A stretch of DNA of 64,000 nucleotides from a bacterium (GCA_037139975.1 JBAXFJ010000001.1:171017-235016); one strand, 5' to 3'. Positions 39,000-48,558 are shown, counted from the first letter of the stretch. The notes: generated by a model not told the origin, from the letters alone. Made by a program: numbers and translations.

Positions 39000-39280
39000 A
39001 AGGTTGCGCCCCTGTAAAATTTGATATACTAGGCTAGGACACCGAAGCCAAATGTCCTTAAGTGTTAAAACGGGAGTTTGGAAGTTGGGCAGCACCTTGG
39101 TGTGGTCCACAGAACACCCACCTGGAATACCGCCAGACACTTGGCTTCGGAGTCCAACAGAGTGTCCCGCCTTCTGCAAAACCGCAGGGCGGGATTTTCT
39201 GTTACAATGCACGAGGCGACCACAAGGCAACACCTTCCAAAGCTAAGGAGTCGCCTTAAAACCAGCCGCCTTTAAACCAT
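39000..39280 (+). promoter_or_regulatory. structured ~280-nt leader or candidate ncRNA upstream of the RNase J-like gene
   Basis: No ORF. Long-range complementary segments (gacaccgaagccaa / ttggcttcggagtc) and local hairpins (cccgcc...ggcggg; ggcgac...gtcgcc). Confidence 0.2.
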
Positions 39281-40693
39281 ATGCAATCAACTATACATTT
39301 TTTTGGGGGGGCGGGGACGGTGACAGGTTCAAACTTTTTACTTGATACGGGAAATAAGAAAATTTTAATAGACTGTGGGCTTTTTCAAGGCGACCATGTC
39401 GCCGAGGTGGGGAACTGGGAGCCATTTCCCTTTGATCCAAAAGAGATTTCAGTACTCATCAATACCCACGCGCACATTGACCACATCGGGCGCATCCCCA
39501 AGTTGGTAAAAGAGGGCTTCAGGGGCAAAATAATTTCAACCGAGGCGACCAAGGCTTTAGCGCTCCCCATGCTGATGGACGCAATGGCGCTGTCGAGTCG
39601 TACTGCCGAGCATTTGGGCAAAGAACCGCTCTATGAACAAAAGGATATTGACCAGGCGATGCGTCAATGGGAGGGAATTTCTTATCACCAGACCCAAGAC
39701 ATGGGTGACGGAGTGTCGATGCAGTTTCTCGATTCGGGGCACATTTTGGGTTCAGCGATGGCCGAATTTACCCGCCAGGATGGTGGGCAGGCTCGGAAAG
39801 TTGTGTTCACGGGCGACCTGGGCGGCGGCAACTCGCCGCTCTTGCCTTTGGCCGAAGACCCACAAGGGGTCAACTATCTGTTGATGGAAAGTGTCTATGG
39901 CGACCGAGTGCAGAGCGATGATGCGCTTGCGCGAAAGAGTAAGCTCGAAGACGTCATTGAAGACACTGCGGCGCGTGGTGGCACGCTGTTGATACCTGCG
40001 TTCTCGACCGAGCGCACCCAAGACTTGTTGTTTGATATTCGTGAATTGATGGTGGGCAAACGTGTTCCCAGTATGCCCGTTTACTTGGACTCGCCCTTGG
40101 CCGAGAAGATAACCGCGGCGTACCTGGCCCACCCTCAATATTTCAGCAAAGAAATTCAAGCGCGAATAAAAAGTGGCGAACACATTTTCTCATTTACCGA
40201 ATTACATTTTGTTGAGTCGTCTGCTGAATCAGAAAAAATCAATGCCACACATGGGGCAAAAATCATCATCGCGGGTTCAGGTATGAGTAATGGTGGCCGT
40301 GTCCAGGCGCACGAGAAGGTAGTGCTGCCTGACGCAAACTCGACCCTGCTCATTGTGGGTTACCAGGCGGCAGGGAGCATGGGGCGCCGCCTGGCCGAGG
40401 GGGTGAAGTCTGTGTCGATACGTGGGGCGCATAGGCAGCCAAGCGAGACGGTGCACGTTGCCTGCCGCGTAGAGACACTCTATGGCTATTCGGCGCACAT
40501 GGACGGCGAGCAGCTGCTCGAGTTTGCCAATAAAGTGAGCGAGGGGGCGCACGACAGTGGTACGCTCAAAGAAGTATTTGTCGTGATGGGTGAGCCAGCT
40601 TCAGCAGGCTTCCTCGCGCAGCGCATTCGTGACTACCTCAGCATCAAAGCAACCACCCCGCACGCAGGTGAAAAAGCAGAAATAGAATTTTAA
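39281..40693 (+). CDS. beta-CASP family metallo-beta-lactamase RNA-processing nuclease (RNase J/CPSF-like)
   Basis: 470 aa; HAHIDHIG (HxHxDH), and beta-CASP region motifs D...H...H downstream. Confidence 0.75.
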   Translation: MQSTIHFFGGAGTVTGSNFLLDTGNKKILIDCGLFQGDHVAEVGNWEPFPFDPKEISVLINTHAHIDHIGRIPKLVKEGFRGKIISTEATKALALPMLMDAMALSSRTAEHLGKEPLYEQKDIDQAMRQWEGISYHQTQDMGDGVSMQFLDSGHILGSAMAEFTRQDGGQARKVVFTGDLGGGNSPLLPLAEDPQGVNYLLMESVYGDRVQSDDALARKSKLEDVIEDTAARGGTLLIPAFSTERTQDLLFDIRELMVGKRVPSMPVYLDSPLAEKITAAYLAHPQYFSKEIQARIKSGEHIFSFTELHFVESSAESEKINATHGAKIIIAGSGMSNGGRVQAHEKVVLPDANSTLLIVGYQAAGSMGRRLAEGVKSVSIRGAHRQPSETVHVACRVETLYGYSAHMDGEQLLEFANKVSEGAHDSGTLKEVFVVMGEPASAGFLAQRIRDYLSIKATTPHAGEKAEIEF

Positions 40694-40729
40694 TGAAGCA
40701 TTTAATGTTAGAATAGGGGAAATAAACAT

Positions 40730-41329
40730 ATGGATCCAAAAAATGTACATGCACATATCAAGCTCGGTATCTCAGGTGCGGCCGAGACCGGCCATTGCGG
40801 CATCGATGCATACGACAAAGGTTTGGAATTGGGACGGCAGATTGCAAAGCATGACGCGGTGCTCATAACGGGTGCCACAACGGGCTTCCCTTTGTGGGGG
40901 GCGATGGGTGCAAAAGAAGCGGGAGGAACGGTTATTGGCTTTTCGCCCGCAGGTTCCGAGAAAGAGCATGTTGAGAAATATAACCTACCGATCGAATATA
41001 CCGACGTTATTGTCTACACCGGCTTTGGCTACCCGGGGCGTGACCTCATATTTACTCGGTCGGTTGACGCAATGCTGTTTGGGTGCGGGCGCATCGGCAC
41101 CATCCACGAGTTCACCGTTGCATTTGAAGACAAAAAGCCGATTGGGATTTATGAAGCAGGGTGGGAGACTGACGAGGTGATAAAAAACATCTTGGACAAT
41201 GGCCATCGCCCCAACAACATGATTGTGTTCGACACAGACCCAAAGGCGCTCATCGAACGGGTCATCGAACTGGTCAACAAAGACAAAATCAACCGCGCCT
41301 CGTTCCACTTTGAAGCTTTAAAAGAATAG
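40730..41329 (+). CDS. LOG/SLOG-family Rossmann-fold protein (TIGR00725-like)
   Basis: 199 aa; ITGATTGFPLWGAMGAKEAGG and GCGRIGTIHEF resemble LOG-family GGGxGxMG / PGGxGTxxE motifs. Confidence 0.5.
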   Translation: MDPKNVHAHIKLGISGAAETGHCGIDAYDKGLELGRQIAKHDAVLITGATTGFPLWGAMGAKEAGGTVIGFSPAGSEKEHVEKYNLPIEYTDVIVYTGFGYPGRDLIFTRSVDAMLFGCGRIGTIHEFTVAFEDKKPIGIYEAGWETDEVIKNILDNGHRPNNMIVFDTDPKALIERVIELVNKDKINRASFHFEALKE

Positions 41330-41359
41330 CTTTTTTATTTACCTTAGGTGGTGGAAAGA

Positions 41360-41728
41360 TTACGAAACTTTTTTGACGATGCGGTCGAAGGTGGCAGGGG
41401 AGATCTCGGCCAAGGTAGCGAGAATCTTGCGGTCGATGGTGACGTTTGCCTTTTTGAGCGCGTCGATAAGGCGTGAATAGGAAAGCGGCTTGCCGAGTTT
41501 GGTTTCTGCGCCCGAGGTGTCGAGGCCGGCGTTGATGCGCACGTTCCACAAGCGACGGTAGTCGTTCTTTTTGTCTTTGCGGTGTGCAAACGCATACTTA
41601 CCCGCATGAAAGATAGCCTCTTTGGCTTGCTTGGTTTTGGTTGAGCGCCCAAAGCGATAGCCTTTGGTCATTGCAAGAATATTCTTGCGGCGCTTCATTG
41701 CGGTGACTCCTCCTTTTACTCGTGCCAT
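41360..41728 (-). CDS. rplT: 50S ribosomal protein L20
   Basis: 122 aa; MARVKGGV...RRLWNVRINA motif. Confidence 0.95.
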   Translation of the reverse strand: MARVKGGVTAMKRRKNILAMTKGYRFGRSTKTKQAKEAIFHAGKYAFAHRKDKKNDYRRLWNVRINAGLDTSGAETKLGKPLSYSRLIDALKKANVTIDRKILATLAEISPATFDRIVKKVS

Positions 41729-41769
41729 AATGGTTTCTTTACTCTTTTAAACGGTTTGGTAATTAAAAA

Positions 41770-41964
41770 CTAGTTTTTGGTCGCGGTGCCAATGTAGCGT
41801 TGTGCCACTTTCTTCGAAAAGGTCAGGATCTGTGTGCGATTGCCTGTCATCTGGGTCGAACGACCCTCCTTTGCATTAAAGTGGTTTTGGCCCGGTTTGC
41901 GTGCAACAAGCTTGCCCTTGCGGGTAATTTTGATGCGCTTGGTGAATGATTTGTTTGTTTTCAT
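41770..41964 (-). CDS. rpmI: 50S ribosomal protein L35
   Basis: 64 aa; MKTNKSFTKRIK motif. Confidence 0.9.
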   Translation of the reverse strand: MKTNKSFTKRIKITRKGKLVARKPGQNHFNAKEGRSTQMTGNRTQILTFSKKVAQRYIGTATKN

Positions 41965-42045
41965 AATCTAGTGAAGTGAGAGAAATAAGAACTTGTTATT
42001 ATTTCCGAACGAACGACGATTATATAAATGCGAAGCATTTCTATA

Positions 42046-42606
42046 TTATTTTTTCACTGCCCTTTCTAAAACCACACTCAGGCCTTTGGGGCTTTTGGCT
42101 ATGGTGTCGGCGAGCTTGTACTCGGCGGGGATAATCTTAAGGAATCGCTCCAACCGCTCTTTCAGAAAAGGAAATTCCATGTACTTGTAGCGCCCCCACA
42201 GAAAGAGATCTACTTTGACTCGGTGCCCTTCACCAAGCCACTTGGCGGCCCGTTTGGCCTTTAAAAGCATGTCATTTTCACCAGTACCAATCTTAACCTG
42301 GACGCTTTTCGTCTCGGTGGTGTGTGATTTAGCCTTTATTTCTCGGCGTTTCTTCTCCTGTTCATATTGAAATTTACCATATTCCATTATTTTTGCAACA
42401 GGAGGGACCGCTCCTGCAGTAATCTCGATAAGGTCGAGTCCAAACTCATCTGCCTTGGCCAAAGCATCTCCAATGGCCATAATCCCAAAGTTTTCAGCTT
42501 CGGGTCCTATAACGCGCACTTCAGGCGCGGTGATTTGTCGATTGATACGGGTTATATCCAAAGCAGTCTTACTTACGAGTATACAAGGTACTATATGTCT
42601 ATGCAA
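42046..42606 (-). CDS. infC: translation initiation factor IF-3 (start uncertain, probably a non-AUG codon near 42560)
   Basis: TRINRQITAPEVRVIGPEAENFGIM matches the IF3 N-domain, and the C-domain is present. The infC-rpmI-rplT operon order is as expected. IF3 commonly starts with AUU/AUA; several in-frame ATA codons lie upstream of TRINRQ. Confidence 0.85.
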   Translation of the reverse strand: MHRHIVPCILVSKTALDITRINRQITAPEVRVIGPEAENFGIMAIGDALAKADEFGLDLIEITAGAVPPVAKIMEYGKFQYEQEKKRREIKAKSHTTETKSVQVKIGTGENDMLLKAKRAAKWLGEGHRVKVDLFLWGRYKYMEFPFLKERLERFLKIIPAEYKLADTIAKSPKGLSVVLERAVKK

Positions 42607-42830
42607 TCAAGGCGGTCAGGGCGACTCTCGACACTGTCCGTGCTTCTAGTTGTTGTGGTTGGGCTTGTGCTGTGTGTGTATGACCCTTTTACGCCTTCTC
42701 GTCCCGGGCGGACCACTGCGGGCGCCTGTGCATAGTTTGCACGCAAAATTGTCGTGTATACTGTGAAGACAGGGTGTGCGGGAGGCGACATGAGCGCATC
42801 ATTACTAAATCGTATAAGAATATATTTCAT

Positions 42831-44018
42831 ATGGCATTTTTTGCAGGAGTAGGAAGCAGTAAGCAAATTAACGATTCATACGCCGCGGGTCATGACGCCG
42901 CGTCATTTGCGCGTACAAATTCGGGACACGACGAGGTCAGTTTGGCGGTTGTAGTGGCATCATCTGCCTATGACCAAGAAGCAATGTTGAAAGGGGTGCG
43001 CGAAGCGTTGGGTGGGGCATCAGTTGTTGGATGCACCAACGCGGGCGCCATCACTGGTAATGGTGTTGAAGAACAGGCGGTGACCGTGCTCGTGCTCTAT
43101 TCAGACTCAGGCTCTTTTGTTCCTGCAAAGGTTGTCGGTATCGGCAAAGACATGCGCGCCGCAGGAAAGAAATTTGGTGAAGAAATTCAAAAAAGTGACG
43201 AAAAAGCGCGCATGGCATTTGTGTTTTCAGACGCGCTCGCAGGTAATGGTACCGAATTGGTGCGAGGAATCCTTGACGTTTTCGGAAGCGATTTCAAGAT
43301 TGCGGGCGGAGCTGCAGGGGACGACATGAACTTCAAAAAGACGTACCAGTATTTTAATGACGAGGTGCTGACCGACGCAGTGGTTGGTTTTGGTCTTTCA
43401 GGCGATATTGAGGTTGTGGTGGGTGCTTCTCACGGGTGGCAACCAATTGGTGGGTCGCGTGTAGTGACCAAAGCAGAAGGAACCAAGCTCATCGAGCTCG
43501 ACGGCAAGCCCGCGTTCCAGATCTACCAAGACTACTTTGGTGAAAAAGCGAGCGATTTCAAAAAAGCACTTTCACTTGAAGCAGTGACGTACCCCATGGG
43601 CATGAAGGTGAAAGGTGTTGACGAGTTGATGGTACGGGTGCCGCTTGCGGTTGCGGACGATGGTTCGATTGTTTGTGGTGCTGAAGTGGTTGAAGGGAGT
43701 GAGGTATACATCATGATTGGTACCATCGCGAGTGCGATGGAAGCCGCAAAAGAAACCACACAAGGGTTGGTTGACCGTATGTCCGACACCGATCCACGCG
43801 TGGTGTTTGTCTCGGACTGTGTCGCACGCAAAATCTTGTTTGGTGAACACGGTCAAGAAGAAATCACGCTGTTGAAGTCAATCGGTGGACCCAAGTCGGT
43901 CATCTTTGGCTTCTATTCCTATGGGCAAATTGCTTCACTGAGAGCTCCTGCCCCCAACATCAACACCTGTGACCCTGGCTTCTACGAACAGTCGATCTCG
44001 GTGACAGTGTTCGGGTAG
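42831..44018 (+). CDS. FIST-domain sensor protein (FIST_N + FIST_C)
   Basis: The track ORF begins at 42774; the likely start is MAFFAGVGSS (ATG at 42831). Gly-rich GGAAGDD and YSYGQI motifs typical of FIST proteins. Confidence 0.65.
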   Translation: MAFFAGVGSSKQINDSYAAGHDAASFARTNSGHDEVSLAVVVASSAYDQEAMLKGVREALGGASVVGCTNAGAITGNGVEEQAVTVLVLYSDSGSFVPAKVVGIGKDMRAAGKKFGEEIQKSDEKARMAFVFSDALAGNGTELVRGILDVFGSDFKIAGGAAGDDMNFKKTYQYFNDEVLTDAVVGFGLSGDIEVVVGASHGWQPIGGSRVVTKAEGTKLIELDGKPAFQIYQDYFGEKASDFKKALSLEAVTYPMGMKVKGVDELMVRVPLAVADDGSIVCGAEVVEGSEVYIMIGTIASAMEAAKETTQGLVDRMSDTDPRVVFVSDCVARKILFGEHGQEEITLLKSIGGPKSVIFGFYSYGQIASLRAPAPNINTCDPGFYEQSISVTVFG

Positions 44019-44039
44019 TTCACAACACTGCTTTGTTCT

Positions 44040-44945
44040 ATGTTGCATAACCTATTGCTCTACACACTCCCCGCAGTTCTTGTGTTGCTTGTGGCCAGCA
44101 CTTTTTTCCTGTCTTCTTTGTTGCGTAAAAATAAAGCTCTTGCTCTTGAAGTAGTAAAAAAGAAGAACGAGTTGGACCGCACTTCAAAGGTGTTGATTCA
44201 GAAAAACGTTGAGCTGATAGAACAGACCTTGCGACAACAAAAGCTTCTCGAATCAAAAGACGACTTTGTCGCTATTGTCTCGCACCAACTTCGCACCCCC
44301 ATCACCGAGATAAAATGGAATGCATCTGCGATTCTGGAAGACCCTGCGTGGGGGCTGACGCCCGAACATCGACGCATGGTCGAGCAGCAACTGGCAAGCG
44401 CTGTGCGCATGGTGAGCATTGTAAGCACGATCTTACAGTTGGTTGCCAGCGAACAGCACGCAGCACGCTCGTCGGTCTCGCCCTATGCGCCGGACGAGGT
44501 GGTGCGCGATGCGTCAGAGCGGGTTGCGCGGGATTTTCATGAAAAACACATTGCGTGCGTACTTGATTTGAACTATGGCGCGTCAATTTACTCCATTGAC
44601 CCAGAGTCATTTGCCATGCTGGTAGGCAACCTGCTTGAAAATGCATTCCACTACACGCCGCGTGGTGGCACCATTACGGTGCGCACCAAGCACGGTGAGA
44701 TGGGCGAGTTTGTGGTGCTTATTGAAGATACCGGTATGGGTATTTCTGAAGAGAAACAAAAAACCATGTTCCAGAAATTTATTCGAGAAAAAGACGCGAT
44801 CAAGGTCAACGAAGGAGGGTCGGGGCTTGGGTTGTATATCGTCAAGAATGTGCTCGAGCAGCGCGGAGGGAGCATTACCTTTACGAGCACAAAGGGTGTA
44901 GGAAGTGTTTTTCGCCTCACGCTTCCACAGCAAAAGGCAAAATAA
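44040..44945 (+). CDS. sensor histidine kinase (TM, coiled coil, HisKA, HATPase_c)
   Basis: 301 aa; H-box IVSHQLRTPIT, N-box LLENAFHYT and G-box GGSGLGLYIV. Confidence 0.85.
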   Translation: MLHNLLLYTLPAVLVLLVASTFFLSSLLRKNKALALEVVKKKNELDRTSKVLIQKNVELIEQTLRQQKLLESKDDFVAIVSHQLRTPITEIKWNASAILEDPAWGLTPEHRRMVEQQLASAVRMVSIVSTILQLVASEQHAARSSVSPYAPDEVVRDASERVARDFHEKHIACVLDLNYGASIYSIDPESFAMLVGNLLENAFHYTPRGGTITVRTKHGEMGEFVVLIEDTGMGISEEKQKTMFQKFIREKDAIKVNEGGSGLGLYIVKNVLEQRGGSITFTSTKGVGSVFRLTLPQQKAK

Positions 44946-44981
44946 AAATATGCACCTTGCGCGGTGCGCGATGACGCAAGG

Positions 44982-45371
44982 CTATTTTTGCGCGATCACT
45001 TCGAGCGCAACATCAACAATCTCGGAGGGTGTAACTGACGCTTTGTTGAGGAATCGTTTAACGCCAAGTTTCTTGCCCCACTCGAGGTCTTTTTCTTGGC
45101 TAAAGTTTGAGGCGATCACCACGGGGATCTGTGCTGCGCGCGGGTCTGTTTGAATGCGCTTGAGCACCTCGAACCCGTCGATGTCGGGGAGCGAGATGTC
45201 GAGCAAAATGAGGTCGATCTGTTGGTTGCTCAGGATGCCAGCGACTGCGTCCAGGCCGTTTGCATAGTGCACACAGGCAAGGTTGGCAATGGCGAGACGT
45301 TTGGCGAGGAAGTCAGCCAACACACTGTCGTCTTCAACAACAACGACATGGTATGTGGGGGCGGGTGACAT
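44982..45371 (-). CDS. single-domain response regulator (CheY-like receiver)
   Basis: 129 aa; VEDD..., LDISLPDIDG phospho-acceptor Asp and ...IASNFS... motifs. Confidence 0.8.
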   Translation of the reverse strand: MSPAPTYHVVVVEDDSVLADFLAKRLAIANLACVHYANGLDAVAGILSNQQIDLILLDISLPDIDGFEVLKRIQTDPRAAQIPVVIASNFSQEKDLEWGKKLGVKRFLNKASVTPSEIVDVALEVIAQK

Positions 45372-45429
45372 GGTGCTTCTAGTATCTCAGATATTTGCTC
45401 GGTGCGCCACCAGTATTTTGAACAAAATG

Positions 45430-45882
45430 CTAGGCGAGGTGTTTTTGAAAGAGGGTATAGTGACGCCATGCGCGCCCTATAATCAGTGCTGTAAATACAA
45501 ACACGTAAATGATGCCCGAGTCGATATCGGTTGCGCCCGAGGTGTAGGGACCGCCAAACCCTTGTGGTACCGACCACACCAGGAGCGAGAAGGCGAGTCC
45601 GCACCAGAGCGCTGCGCGCGAGAAGATGCCAAAGATAAGCGAGAGGGCGAGCGCGGTCTCGAGGCAGGCAATAAGTGTTCCAAATAAAAGCGGATTGATG
45701 TTAGCAATGTGTACCCAGACGTTGATCCATGCGACCTCAAACGCTGGCTGCCCGTCTTGCGCCTGGGTGAGCACCGAGACAATATTTTCACGCACTGCAG
45801 GCGCCCACTTAAGCGCCGCGTCTACGGCCCACGCAAAGCCAAACACAATGCGAAGGAGTGCAAATCTTTTTTCTTGAGTCAT
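45430..45882 (-). CDS. DoxX-family membrane protein
   Basis: The track ORF extends to 46116, but AGGAGG-N5-ATG at 45882 starts MTQEKRFALLRIVFGFAW... Four TM segments, DoxX-like. Confidence 0.6.
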   Translation of the reverse strand: MTQEKRFALLRIVFGFAWAVDAALKWAPAVRENIVSVLTQAQDGQPAFEVAWINVWVHIANINPLLFGTLIACLETALALSLIFGIFSRAALWCGLAFSLLVWSVPQGFGGPYTSGATDIDSGIIYVFVFTALIIGRAWRHYTLFQKHLA

Positions 45883-45943
45883 GCCTCCTAGTATAAAACA
45901 GAAATCTCTGGCGAGGGTGCGGGCTCTGGGGTAGAGTAGGCAC

Positions 45944-46369
45944 ATGCGCAAAAAAGCATTCCTAAAATCGCTCAATGATGTGTATTGCCGCATCGCGGCC
46001 ACGGGGCACGGTGTCGGGCTCGTCGCCATTCGCCCCATACCCAAAGGCACCGATCCATTAAAAAATGCTGACCCGTTTGGCAATGTGCTCAAAATCCCCA
46101 AGGCCGAACTCGACACATACCCAGCGCCTGAGGAGGCAAAAACTTTGGTGCGTGACTTTTGTGCGCTCCAAGACGGCGTTTACTATGTGCCCAGCTACGG
46201 CATGGACGCGCTCACCAAAAATTACTTTCTCAATCATTCAAAAAAACCCAACATGGTGACCAGTGACAGGGGCGAGACCTTTTTCGCTGTGCGCGATATC
46301 AAAGTGGGCGAAGAACTCACCGCCGACTACGACACCTATCACGAGACTGAGCATTTTAAAAAGCGCTAG
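45944..46369 (+). CDS. SET-domain protein (putative protein-lysine methyltransferase)
   Basis: 141 aa; GHGVGLVA, NHSKKPN (NHSCxPN analogue) and IKVGEELTADYD (GEEL..DY). Confidence 0.65.
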   Translation: MRKKAFLKSLNDVYCRIAATGHGVGLVAIRPIPKGTDPLKNADPFGNVLKIPKAELDTYPAPEEAKTLVRDFCALQDGVYYVPSYGMDALTKNYFLNHSKKPNMVTSDRGETFFAVRDIKVGEELTADYDTYHETEHFKKR

Positions 46370-46442
46370 TTGAATATAAAAAAGAAGGGGGAAAAAGAAA
46401 AGGGCTGGCGGCAATACATGAAGTATCGCGACCAGTCCTATT

Positions 46443-47378
46443 TTACGCGTGCACAGTGATAGGAATAACGCGTCGCCTGTGGCGTAACACGCCAAGGCTA
46501 GCAAGCCCAACCGCGAGCAGAGTGAGCGAGGTCGGTTCTGGTGCACTTGCTCGTGTTTGTTCTGGCCAGAAGGTGATTCCACCTACGCCATTCAACCCAT
46601 CGGCGCTGTTCGCAAAGAGTGAACCGACGCCGGATTGATTAAATACTTCGATGGTGCTGCTCCCTTGATTCGCTGCGTACAGATTGCTGGCCGTATCGAA
46701 AGCAAGCCCAAACGGTCCGTCTACGCTGGTGCTTGCAAACACCGATTCAACTCCGGCGGGGGTAACTTTCAAGATAAGGTTGCGGCTGTGGTCTGCGACA
46801 TAGAGGTTGCCAGCTGCATCGAAGGCAAGACCTATTGGTTGTGAGTTTGGTATTGTGACAAACACCGATGCAGCACCGCCAGGCGTATACCTTTCAATTT
46901 TGTTTCCACCAACACTTGCGGCATAAAGGTTGCCACTAGCATCGAACGCAAGGTATGTGGGTGAACTCACCCCCACATTCGCGAAGACCGAACCAACCCC
47001 GCCCGGTGTGAACTTCTCAATGGTGTTGCCAATGTAGTTCGCCACGAACAGGTTGCCAGCAGTATCGAAAGCTAAACCATACGGCCCAGACAACCCAGTA
47101 TTTGCGAAGACCGAACCAACCCCGCTCGGGGTGAACTTGTCGATGGTGTTGTTGCCGAAGTTTGTTACATACAGGTTCCCAGCGCTGTCGAAAGCGACGT
47201 CGTGGGGGTTGTTCAACCCTGAATTGATGAAGGTTGAGCATACCCCTGCGGGCACACTGCATCTTTCAATTGTGTTGTTGCCCGAGTTGGCTACAAAAAC
47301 GTTGACCAGAGTCGCTCGCGCGTCTGCCAGTCCAAGTAGATAGACAATCGCCAGAATGGCGATGATGATCTTCTGCAT
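46443..47378 (-). CDS. secreted NHL-repeat beta-propeller protein with PEP-CTERM-like C-terminal sorting tail
   Basis: The track ORF extends to 47450; the likely start is MQKIIIAILAIVYLLGLADA (signal peptide). Six NHL-type repeats (GxxxPxGLAFDxxGNLYVAN). C-terminus APEPTSLTLLAVGLASLGVLRHRRR. Confidence 0.7.
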   Translation of the reverse strand: MQKIIIAILAIVYLLGLADARATLVNVFVANSGNNTIERCSVPAGVCSTFINSGLNNPHDVAFDSAGNLYVTNFGNNTIDKFTPSGVGSVFANTGLSGPYGLAFDTAGNLFVANYIGNTIEKFTPGGVGSVFANVGVSSPTYLAFDASGNLYAASVGGNKIERYTPGGAASVFVTIPNSQPIGLAFDAAGNLYVADHSRNLILKVTPAGVESVFASTSVDGPFGLAFDTASNLYAANQGSSTIEVFNQSGVGSLFANSADGLNGVGGITFWPEQTRASAPEPTSLTLLAVGLASLGVLRHRRRVIPITVHA

Positions 47379-47560
47379 TTTCCACCTCTTACTCTTAATG
47401 ATGTAACCGCCCAACGCCGGATGACGCTGGGCTGACTGTTCAAACCTCATTATATATCAAAACAGCACTTCTGTCAAACTAGGAAAAAATAAAAACAGCT
47501 CTCCAATAAAGGGGATAAACAAGGGCGGCACAAATCATCGCGCCGCCTTCACCATTTGTG

Positions 47561-47594
47561 CTAACTAAAAAACTCCCATGAAGGGAGTTTTTTT
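47561..47594. terminator. bidirectional intrinsic terminator downstream of ssrA
   Basis: aactccc atga agggagtt hairpin with T-runs on both strands. Confidence 0.6.
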
Positions 47595-47604
47595 AAGAAA
47601 GTAG

Positions 47605-47993
47605 TGGAGATGGGCGGAGTTGAACCGCCGTGCAATGATGGCCTACAGAAGCTTCTACGTTGTCTATCTTGCTTAATTCCGCCCGGAGGCGATCTTTAGC
47701 ACATCGTGGGCGAAGCGAGCGAAATCACGATGCACTGCAACTCTTATGTTCGGCAACAAGCCAGAATATCTCTTGTTGCTATACGCTTGATGTATAACAC
47801 CTACACCTCGCCCTCAAGCGAGAAACTAGGGAAGTGGAGCTTAGGCGCGCGCGAACGCGAAGCCGAAGTCATTTGCCGCGAAATACGGCGATACGCTGTT
47901 TTTTGCAGGTATGGTTTCCCGATTTTTAAGAAGTTCGGGGCTTCTACAACGCGCATTCTGTAGGTACCATCATTGTCTAGGCCTGGCATCCCC
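47605..47993 (-). ncRNA. ssrA: transfer-messenger RNA (tmRNA)
   Basis: 5' end GGGGAUGCCAGGCC... pairs with the 3' end ...GGCGGUUCAACUCCGCCCAUCUCCA (T-arm GUUCAACUCC as in E. coli tmRNA; acceptor ggggatg/catctcc with one G-U; discriminator A; CCA not encoded). An internal UCGCGGCAAAUGAC resume context gives tag ORF ANDFGFAFARA* (47876..47841). smpB lies immediately upstream. Confidence 0.8.
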
Positions 47994-48050
47994 GAAGAAA
48001 ACACAATCCTTTATTTTGTATTTCGTTTTCTTCGTGAGTGCCAGATGATG

Positions 48051-48530
48051 TTACTGATTTTTCAAGGTTCGGTCGATTTCGCGCTTGGTGTCGCGCTCTT
48101 TCAAAAGTGCGCGCTTGTCATATTTCTTGAGGCCCTTTGCAGCACCCAAACGCATCTTTAATTTACTTCCTTTATTATACACTGAAATTGGCACTAATGT
48201 CAAACCTTTTTGGGTTTCATATCCGGCAAGCTCTTCAAGCTCTTTCTTTGTTAAAAGGAGGCGGCGCGTGTGTTCGGGGTCATAGTCTTTGGGCGTGTTG
48301 CTGGCTTGGTAGGGGGGGATGGACATGCCCACGATGTAGGCTTCAAAGCCGCCCGCGCGCCCCGAGGGGCGCGCGACTATGTGAGCGCCTTCGAGCTTGC
48401 CGTGGCGCGCGCGCAGGCTTTTGACTTCAAATCCGAGCAGCTCGATACCTGCCTCAAACTCTTTGAGGATTTCATACTGCATCCGCACCTTTTTATGCTC
48501 GATGAGGTTCACTCCCCAAGAATAGCGCAC
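48051..48530 (-). CDS. smpB: SsrA-binding protein SmpB
   Basis: 159 aa; SmpB core (GIELLGFEVKSLR..., RRLLLTKKELEEL) with an insertion. Confidence 0.85.
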   Translation of the reverse strand: MRYSWGVNLIEHKKVRMQYEILKEFEAGIELLGFEVKSLRARHGKLEGAHIVARPSGRAGGFEAYIVGMSIPPYQASNTPKDYDPEHTRRLLLTKKELEELAGYETQKGLTLVPISVYNKGSKLKMRLGAAKGLKKYDKRALLKERDTKREIDRTLKNQ

Positions 48531-48558
48531 GCAGCTTGTCTTTCATAGCAGTTTATTT

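Noticed and set aside
42596-42736. 46-aa possible small TM peptide (MSMQSRRSGRLSTLSVLLVVVVGLVLCVYDPF…) in the infC/FIST divergent promoter region
   Set aside because: No RBS and it overlaps the likely infC leader. It is a plausible small protein, but the evidence is insufficient.
47801-48004. 67-aa - strand ORF
   Set aside because: It lies inside the tmRNA gene. The real coding part of tmRNA is the short tag ORF only.
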